A stretch of DNA of 25,717 nt. Source: Thermoplasmatota archaeon (GTDB taxonomy: Archaea; Thermoplasmatota; Penumbrarchaeia; Penumbrarchaeales; Penumbrarchaeaceae). Below, piece by piece: positions 19,501-25,717 of the stretch. The DNA is taken from NCBI GenBank assembly GCA_965234725.1, contig CBDDUX010000103.1, forward strand, positions 1 through 25,717. The letters are read 5' to 3'. Position 1 is the stretch's first letter. Every line of letters starts with the position of its first letter. The notes beneath the pieces were generated by a model. That model ran no database searches, was not told where the DNA came from, and was given only the letters and a program-made list of their open reading frames with translations. Made by a program: the position numbers and the translations under genes.

Positions 19501-20037
19501 GGAAGCTCCGAGGTCCACGTTCATCGTCTGGATGATGTAGATCGGAGAGAGGTATTCAACGGGTGAATCGACCTCGTAATCTATGATCATCCATCTTCCT
19601 GTGCTTCCCCTGGTATTCTCTATATATCGATTTACAAAGGTCCTCTGTGTTATGTTGACCCCTTCGAAATCCTCACCGCTCCAGCCTGTGAAGGAGCAGT
19701 ATCCTTCCTCATCAGTATAGTTCCCGGGGATGGAGATGTTGAGAGGATCCATGGTTTGGAATTCAAAATGATTTCCAAAATCAACTGTATCAGAATTTAC
19801 TCCTACGCCAAATGAAGCAGATGATAACCGGTCAGCTCCCGGAGGGAATTCTAATGTATTCCATCCGGTAGCTCCGGCGTCGTCATCAATGATGATTGTA
19901 AAATTCCCAGCGTCATGGGTTGCAAAGCTTCCCCTTGATATGCCCTCAACTCCCCCTGAAAAGAGAAATACACCTGAAAGTGAAGATAGCATTATTACGA
20001 GTGATATTACCAAGGCGGTTCGTTTTCCCGTTTTCAT
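16600..20037 (-). CDS. Large secreted membrane-anchored protein with multiple Ig-like domains and four DxDxD Ca-binding repeats
   Basis: Signal peptide from MKTGKRT (upstream in-frame ATG at 20070), repeated D..PP / D..SGI / D.AGN Ig-like motifs, DSDGDLL / DEDGDGL / DSDGDDL / DPDSDGW units, and TM WYWIVLIV...YFLW followed by RKK. Confidence 0.85.
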   Translation of the reverse strand: MKTGKRTALVISLVIMLSSLSGVFLFSGGVEGISRGSFATHDAGNFTIIIDDDAGATGWNTLEFPPGADRLSSASFGVGVNSDTVDFGNHFEFQTMDPLNISIPGNYTDEEGYCSFTGWSGEDFEGVNITQRTFVNRYIENTRGSTGRWMIIDYEVDSPVEYLSPIYIIQTMNVDLGASATDDKFSFIPEINTTVISDGTTFVGLGFFDLSGSSYFNGHNAGVYGPGVYSGENEVWDQMSTPNNQTSSVTGQDWYMDISARVPENETGNPFHVSFAVLVGSSLFDIKAAYNDAVNGLRGFWTGPWLPNWSRGTLEMEFSYEGPFFPPASRDLELIKKEGEGPWENIGIVHPDIIPGSRKASYLLNTTELVPDWGSISWTMDSDSRFGFRDMNDSGIFKVDNKGPDTSMLAVNDDPTGTLTVLTNAGDRGGSGLYSTFMSMDGIYYFPDQELEVLEDGTDFDFFAYTVDMAGNQGPTVSLIDQVNDGTPPQINLFTLEPVNIDENTVGPITVLLRASDATSGIDISSAKMRYGITTPTSEWIQMDLFEGNFTSAIDLDWDALQGSELAVKVMISDMLGNSRDMTIKELIDPLNDPPEFSISLSGERWSSEDIGLSLEGVDPDGDDVTFSFDYRLGNGNWKDVPSNSLEETDPYHFLLDIPREDFEGLLQIQCTVDDGTDQVPLPVVSRDIDMKPPSLDIIGHPGTGWTTVSTRLKINSTDSISGISSLGFMVEKGGISEFLPVNEIGLNTEGLYNVTAMVEDKAGNKRSMVLDPIRIDLHSPVISNVTLPVMDKAPGDDLSIGFKVSDTLGFDLLKVVQDPSLYITSYIISGGTLISTGSIIPVQGNSFKAFFEDPFTTEIKEYSVKIDVSDEAGNQNEYESPKLNVSTPFIEEEPPFDIEFPEEVVLGEDLKINITWEGPLVLEARYPGTSISWIITAERTSGNERTYDLPGSYSSDDIQFKVHYGDVGSDEVNMTYPSDWYHIKVSGWADSDGDLLSNAFESRHGLDPFVMDDIEEDEDGDGLNLLEEMYNLTDPDDKDSDGDDLNDGWEAEMGTLPFRNDRNEDPDSDGWFNFKEFDGETDPRDPEDHPEEPPATKWYWIVLIVLVLLGIIGYFLWQTINRKKLEDDLEAMDEEMSWDLPKRR

Positions 20038-20088
20038 CCCCCCTGTTCTTTCCCGGAGATACATGATCATGATAAAACCGTTTCCGTT

Positions 20089-23000
20089 CTATATACCATT
20101 GGTCGGAAGCATTATCTCCCTTCCGCATTCCGGACATTCCCCTTCTCTTGAGGCGCAGGCCCTGTGGAATTGTGCTCCGCATCTGCATTTTGCGGTCCTG
20201 GAGCTTCCTGATAACCTTCTCAGACAGATACCGCAGTGGAAACCGGAATCTTCCCTCTTCGATGTACTGCTGTCATCTTGAAGAACTTCACCGGTCCTTC
20301 CGGTCTTGACGATTTCATCCTCTCCCCAATCTTCCTCATCCTCTTCATCTCCATCAGATCCATCCCCCTTCCTCCAAAGTACAAGGATAACAGAGGTTGT
20401 AGCGAGGACAAGTATCAAAATGATGATACCCGCGACCAGAAGAATGGGCGGACCCTTCTCCTTTGGACCCTGCTTCTCCTCCACTTCGATCGCAGGTCCT
20501 TCGGCAACAACTATCATTTCTTCCTGAACGAAAAGGTCACCATCGGTACAATTGAGGATGATCCTGTGGGTCCCGTTCTCAAGGACCAGGGAAAGGACCT
20601 CCCCGGTCCCTGCCGGGACATCATCAACGTACCATGAATATGAGAGGATATCCCCCTCCGGGTCCTGGCAGTCCGCAGTGAGCTGGAATTCCTCTCCCGA
20701 AACAACTGTTCCGTTAGAGTGTCTCATGATACTTACGAAAGGAGGTCTCGTTGCCCTTGTGGTCACGGATCCTTCTGCGATATTTCCTGCTTCATCTAAG
20801 ACCCTGACAATAATTTCTGTTTCAGGTCCGTATGAGAAATTCACCAATATCCATGAACTTCCAGCTTCGTTGAGATGCAGGGACGGAGCTCCTGGCAGAT
20901 CGAAAGGTCCGAATTCCCCACCGCCAACAGAGATCTCCATCATGGATATTCCTGATGTCCTGTCGCTTGCATCGAAAGTCACCCTTGCGGGGACCTCTGA
21001 ATAAAAGGGGTCTGCCTCCAGATCGATGAGAGGTAAATCTCCGTCAACTGTAAGAGAATGAGGACCCCAAGTCCTTTCGATCGGAAGTGGCAATCCATCC
21101 CTGAACGTTATCCTTACCTCGAAAACACCCTCATCGAAGGGAATCTGAAATGCGCCTTTGACCCTCGACGGGACCAGGAGATCGGATCCCTGGATCGGAG
21201 TGGAATTGGTCAGGACCTCCAATGATCTGGGTAAGAGGACCGCTGTGGACCCGAGATCTGGTCTGAGCTTCAAGGAAACTGATGATGTGTCCACTCCCAG
21301 AGGCAGGTCCATATTGACCTCTAACAGTGCATTTGCCCCGATCACAGCTGGGAGATCAATGTGAACGTTCAGTTCCGAATCCGGTCCGTTTATCCTGGTC
21401 CGGGAGGACCAATCCCCCATATTCTTCGCTTGGTCCGTACCCCTGACTGACAGGTAGCATACAGGTCCAGGGATCGTATTCTGAATATGTAATAGATATT
21501 CACTTCGAGGAGGTCCTGGAACAAGGTCGATCGTCTCCTTCCAGACCTCTATCCATCCGTTCTTTCCAGGTATCTCGCATCTGATCTCGGCATCTTCTAA
21601 TCCGGTTAGAATATCATTACTATCGATCATGATCGTGTTACCTTCATCGATCCGCTTCACCTCGACGATCGGGGGTGTCATGTCCACCATGAAATGGAAA
21701 GGACCTGCGGACATTCTGTTCTTAACCTGATCAGAGGCATTCGCATACCAGGTGTAATTCCCCTCGGAAAGAGACTGGCCTATGTTAACGTCAACGGTAT
21801 CAAGCAGGTCAAAGTACCTGAGATCGAATATTCCGGAGGGCCCTTCCAGATGATACTCCATCATCAGAGGACCGCTCAATGCATCCACGACCTTGATCGA
21901 TGGTGCAGGTACCGGATCGTTGAATATCGTCCCATCAGCTGGAGTGTATGCCACCAATAACGGACTGCTCCCATCAACAAGTACCGAAAGCGGTCCGGAC
22001 GTTCCAAGGTTATCAACAGCATCTCTTGTGACAAGCTCAAAGGTATAGTTTCCTTCTTCAAGTTTTAAAGACCCAATGGACCTGAAAAGGCCTTTTTCAT
22101 ATTCCTCCGTTACAATATTCGTAACGGAACTTCCGAAAGGTCCTTGAATGTTCAAGGTGAAGTTGCCGGAAAGACCCGAAAGACGATCAAAGGACCTGAA
22201 AGAGAGATGGAATGTATTATTGGTCCAGCCATCGGGTGCAAGGTCCTCTATCATCGGAGGTGATCCGTCAACCCCGATGAAATAAGGACCTGCAAGGATA
22301 GGACCGTTCCCTGCCCTGTCCGAAGCTTTGACATAGAAGGTATAGTTGCTCTCTTCCGAGGGGAGGACCACCTCAACGGAATGGATCCCATTTCCGTCCT
22401 CAATGGTATTTGCTGAGAACCATTCCCCGAAGGGTCCATCAAGGGGACCGTACTTCACCATAACTGAATCCGGATCCAGACCTGTCAAGTTCTCGATGTA
22501 TCTCACATAACAGACCGGATCCGAGGATGGTACCCATGGAAATACCGGACCGGAAAGAACTACCGGAGCTGTACGGTCCACTGTGAAAAGTTGGGGCTTC
22601 ATCCAGGTGGTCACGGCATTTCCCTTGTGGGGTTTGACCGTCCAGTAATAGTGACCGTCCTCGATCTCATCGATCAGGAAAGTTGAAAGCGATGTTACAT
22701 TGAACTCCTGGATAACATCATTGATATCCATTGACCCTATCAATCTGAACGTGAAGTCATTTCCTGAAGCGGGGTAATAACCTGTGTCCAGGGGATCCCA
22801 TTCGAATGGTTGAGAAAGATCCGTGATGATCTCACCATCCAGCGGGTAGACGGGAAATGGAGCGGGTAGAGGGCCCCTGTATGTTCCGCTTCCTATCCTC
22901 AGAGCCCTTTCCGGACCATTTCCACCTCCTCCCCCATCATATTCGACCATTCCCGACACTTCTCCATCCTTTCCGTCAACGTTATTACATGAACTGGAGG

Positions 23001-24552
23001 TACTCAAAACAAGGAATTTTTCCGTCAACCCTCTTGCCATCATCATCGGAGCTGTTATTTTGACCTTGTAATCGCCACAATCTGCAACATCAGGACCGAT
23101 CCAGCCAGAGGTCCCTCCTTTCATCGAATTGTACAAAAGTTCTGCGGAAGCTCCTCCTCCACCGGAATACCCGGATGCTCCTCCTCCCCCTCCGTCTATC
23201 CCAAGGGATAAATCACCTCCCCCGTTGCCTCCTGTATTCTGATTCCAAACGAACCCACCCGAACATTCTATGAAATTGTCTTCCATCCAGATACATCCGG
23301 TACAGTTTATCATTGCCTCGGAATCACCACCTCTTGCAACCCGGTATAGGAGATCACCTCCGTCCCCTCCGTCGTACTCAATAACCATCATGTAACCTCC
23401 AGATCCTCCCGCATAACTGCCCCCTCCACCGCCTCCTATTGTATTTGTGGCAGTCTCGGGGGTTCCACTTTTCTCTGAAATGCATGAACCGCCTTTTCCT
23501 GAACCACCACCTCCACCAGCACCAAGTGATAGACGGCTTTCGATCATGGTAAGGTCCTCAACGATGATCTCAAGAGAAGTTCGACCACCTGACCCCACAT
23601 CCCCGCTGATCGTTCCCGGATCATAGGGTGCTCCCGCCTTCCAACCTCCCGAAGAATATCCCCCGGAGGTTGTAGGATGAGTGTAGGTTTTCTCCCCATC
23701 CCATACGACACCTCCCGCATTACCAGCCCATCCTCCCCATCCACCTTCACACCAGATACAGGAGTTTGACAGGTGCATGGAAGCTCCCGGTGCTTTTAAT
23801 GAAACGGATACTCCGCCTCCGGATCCCACCCACCCGGATAGATTTGCACCAGTGGTATAACCTCCGGACAGATGGAAATCATCGGAATCCAGGTCCTCTC
23901 CATCGGGAGCATTTCCACCGTAACCTCCGTACAGTTTTATTTCGGAATCCACAATGGTTATGTTGGTGGAAATTCCACCGAGGAGAGTGAAGCTTGAATT
24001 GCCCCCTGAGAATTCGAAACCCGAAAGCGGAGTCGAAAACGGAGCTCCGGGATCACTTTTTGTCCAGCCTTCACCTCCCCTGAGATAGATGGAGGAATTG
24101 AACATTTCAAAGGATGATGTTATGTTCAACTCAACTGAAACGTTGGAACCCGCGCTCCTTAACTTAGAGGATCCATCCATTCCTGACAAAATGATACTTG
24201 AATTGATGAGAGAAAGGGTGGAAGGATGACCAATTATTGAGGGTATCTCATTTCCGTCCCCTACCAAGGTAAGATTACAATCCTCAAGGTTCAGAAGGGA
24301 ATCCTTCCCCAATATTGCCCTCCGATATGTCAGGTTACCATGGATCGTGATCTCTTCACTCTCTGCAAGAAGAAGGTCACCTCGTGACTGGTTTGTGGGA
24401 GCAGGTTCCTGATTGAGTCCCTCCTCAAGGACCCTTTTTTCGGTCCAGGGACCTGCTCCCGTTGACGTCATGCCATAAGGGATCGTTCCGGCCAGAAAGG
24501 CCAGAAAGACCGCCACTCCAAGGCAAAGCGCCTTTGTTATCAACGCACTCAT
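20089..24552 (-). CDS. Giant receptor-like surface protein: Gly-rich repeat region, Ig-like stalk, PKD-like domain, TM helix, cytoplasmic RING-like zinc finger
   Basis: About 1487 aa (TTG alternative at 24561). Signal peptide, Gly-rich repeats, many VD.TPP / D..SG / D.AGN units, DPEGDILSYSWYVD, TM ILLVAGIIIL...LVLW-RK, acidic linker, then C-x2-C-x12-C-x-C-x4-H-x2-C-x6-C-x2-C. Confidence 0.88.
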   Translation of the reverse strand: MSALITKALCLGVAVFLAFLAGTIPYGMTSTGAGPWTEKRVLEEGLNQEPAPTNQSRGDLLLAESEEITIHGNLTYRRAILGKDSLLNLEDCNLTLVGDGNEIPSIIGHPSTLSLINSSIILSGMDGSSKLRSAGSNVSVELNITSSFEMFNSSIYLRGGEGWTKSDPGAPFSTPLSGFEFSGGNSSFTLLGGISTNITIVDSEIKLYGGYGGNAPDGEDLDSDDFHLSGGYTTGANLSGWVGSGGGVSVSLKAPGASMHLSNSCIWCEGGWGGWAGNAGGVVWDGEKTYTHPTTSGGYSSGGWKAGAPYDPGTISGDVGSGGRTSLEIIVEDLTMIESRLSLGAGGGGGSGKGGSCISEKSGTPETATNTIGGGGGGSYAGGSGGYMMVIEYDGGDGGDLLYRVARGGDSEAMINCTGCIWMEDNFIECSGGFVWNQNTGGNGGGDLSLGIDGGGGGASGYSGGGGASAELLYNSMKGGTSGWIGPDVADCGDYKVKITAPMMMARGLTEKFLVLSTSSSCNNVDGKDGEVSGMVEYDGGGGGNGPERALRIGSGTYRGPLPAPFPVYPLDGEIITDLSQPFEWDPLDTGYYPASGNDFTFRLIGSMDINDVIQEFNVTSLSTFLIDEIEDGHYYWTVKPHKGNAVTTWMKPQLFTVDRTAPVVLSGPVFPWVPSSDPVCYVRYIENLTGLDPDSVMVKYGPLDGPFGEWFSANTIEDGNGIHSVEVVLPSEESNYTFYVKASDRAGNGPILAGPYFIGVDGSPPMIEDLAPDGWTNNTFHLSFRSFDRLSGLSGNFTLNIQGPFGSSVTNIVTEEYEKGLFRSIGSLKLEEGNYTFELVTRDAVDNLGTSGPLSVLVDGSSPLLVAYTPADGTIFNDPVPAPSIKVVDALSGPLMMEYHLEGPSGIFDLRYFDLLDTVDVNIGQSLSEGNYTWYANASDQVKNRMSAGPFHFMVDMTPPIVEVKRIDEGNTIMIDSNDILTGLEDAEIRCEIPGKNGWIEVWKETIDLVPGPPRSEYLLHIQNTIPGPVCYLSVRGTDQAKNMGDWSSRTRINGPDSELNVHIDLPAVIGANALLEVNMDLPLGVDTSSVSLKLRPDLGSTAVLLPRSLEVLTNSTPIQGSDLLVPSRVKGAFQIPFDEGVFEVRITFRDGLPLPIERTWGPHSLTVDGDLPLIDLEADPFYSEVPARVTFDASDRTSGISMMEISVGGGEFGPFDLPGAPSLHLNEAGSSWILVNFSYGPETEIIVRVLDEAGNIAEGSVTTRATRPPFVSIMRHSNGTVVSGEEFQLTADCQDPEGDILSYSWYVDDVPAGTGEVLSLVLENGTHRIILNCTDGDLFVQEEMIVVAEGPAIEVEEKQGPKEKGPPILLVAGIIILILVLATTSVILVLWRKGDGSDGDEEDEEDWGEDEIVKTGRTGEVLQDDSSTSKREDSGFHCGICLRRLSGSSRTAKCRCGAQFHRACASREGECPECGREIMLPTNGI

Positions 24553-24572
24553 ATCAATCAAAATGATTTGAG

Positions 24573-24580
24573 TTTATAAA
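24573..24580 (-). promoter_or_regulatory. TATA box for the giant surface protein gene, probably a leaderless transcript
   Basis: TTTATAAA about 21 nt upstream of the ATG at 24552, with no SD motif in between. Confidence 0.55.
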
Positions 24581-25135
24581 TATTAACGAAACATTTCTTG
24601 CACTGGTAAAGGAAAAAAAAGTCCATGCTATTGAGATTTACAACCGGGTATGAGATCAAAAAAACAGAGAGAAAAATCTCCCAAAAGCAAAGGACCTCTA
24701 AGAGGATCATTGGGATATCGAAGAACAATAGTTATTAATGATGATATCGGGAGATTTCCGAAATGGTGTTGAAGTCGGAAAATCATATGACTGAGGGTCG
24801 AATGATAATAGTTGATTATTTCATCATTATATGTGATTGTTAAATCTTTATTAGCAGAAGAAAAATGCAATAAAATCCAAAAATATTTTCCTACTTGTGC
24901 GTAATTGAGCACTAAGCGGAAAGGAAATCCATAGAACTTGGTGATCTCAACACCATAGGACCCAGGTTGTGGTCCTATGAATTATTTGTTTCAGAATATT
25001 AAAGAATTGCCTTTTCTAGGGGGAAAAAGGAATCACTTTCAATATTAACTTGAATTTGATAATCCCATTTTATACCAATATAATTAAAGAGGAATTGAGG
25101 GCCATATAAAGTATTGAAAAATGGAGGAGAATTCC

Positions 25136-25684
25136 ATGATCAGGGTTCATTCTATAAACATAACAATATCAATAATTTTGATGATTTCATTGTTTTCTAC
25201 TATTGTGAATGGATCTACATTAATTGTTGTTCCAGACTTCAATGATCAGGACCACATTTGTCTTTTTATTTGGGATTTCAAATCGAATGAAGTAACTCAA
25301 TCTGAAGATTATTCTATTAAATTGACAATATATAATCCAAATATTGAGAACATATCAATCATAAGAATAGGATTGCATTTCGATTGGTTTGGAAATGAAT
25401 CATATAACAACGATATTCCGATATATCGATACCCAGAAAATATGCAGGAGGAGGATGGTTTCGATATTGAAAAAGCTACAATAAAGAGTAACAATTTAAA
25501 GAATTACTATATTAATGGAACGTTAGAGGGGAATGTGTCGGTTGGATATCACCAATATCATTTCGAGATCATCATTGATCCATTTGATCGTTTAAATATC
25601 TCCGAGATGGGTGCAATACCACCTCCTCCATATAATTGGAGAAGTCCAGTATATTCAGATTTTCAAGTTTCAGTACTTCACTAA
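25136..25684 (+). CDS. Secreted hypothetical protein, probable beta-sandwich, AT-rich
   Basis: N-terminal hydrophobic signal and alternating beta-strand pattern (IKLTIYNP...ISIIRIGLHFDW...VSVGYHQYHFEI). GGAGG 8 nt before the ATG at 25136 favours it over 25121. No C-terminal TM. Confidence 0.7.
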   Translation: MIRVHSINITISIILMISLFSTIVNGSTLIVVPDFNDQDHICLFIWDFKSNEVTQSEDYSIKLTIYNPNIENISIIRIGLHFDWFGNESYNNDIPIYRYPENMQEEDGFDIEKATIKSNNLKNYYINGTLEGNVSVGYHQYHFEIIIDPFDRLNISEMGAIPPPPYNWRSPVYSDFQVSVLH

Positions 25685-25717
25685 GTTCCTCCCAGATATG
25701 ATGGATTTTCGTATACA

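Noticed and set aside
16472..23990. Many Ser/Pro-rich plus-strand ORFs and short alternative-frame ORFs
   Set aside because: They are antisense or frame shadows of the two large minus-strand genes and show no recognisable motifs.
24628..24912. 94-aa minus-strand ORF and a 40-aa basic plus-strand ORF from 24650
   Set aside because: No SD, no recognisable motif and atypical composition, so neither can be supported without homologues.

Overview
Archaeal genomic window. The 16S rRNA signatures point to Thermoplasmata, probably an uncultured lineage. It holds a tRNA-Ala(UGC) and a stand-alone 16S rRNA gene with a canonical bulge-helix-bulge processing stem and no adjacent 23S. Most of the coding space goes to signal-peptide proteins with a single C-terminal membrane anchor: two PKD proteins, an SBBP-propeller/7xFN3 protein, a clostripain-family peptidase and two very large Ig-like proteins. 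Also present are a CTD-less CDF transporter, a DUF402 protein, a FabX/FabK-like Fe-S flavoprotein, an SRPBCC protein, an orphan ABC ATPase and a helical-SAP-DUF835 fusion. The best candidate for an undescribed system is the minus-strand cluster 15424-24552: a receptor-like protein (Gly-rich solenoid, Ig-like stalk, TM, cytoplasmic RING-like finger), a partner surface protein and the SAP-DUF835 protein. Other notable items are a 60-aa gene missing from the ORF track that appears to start at CTG, a shared TACA-N2-TGTA palindrome upstream of two surface-protein genes, and a shared acidic-Trp tail motif. All family assignments come from motif recognition by eye; no searches were run.
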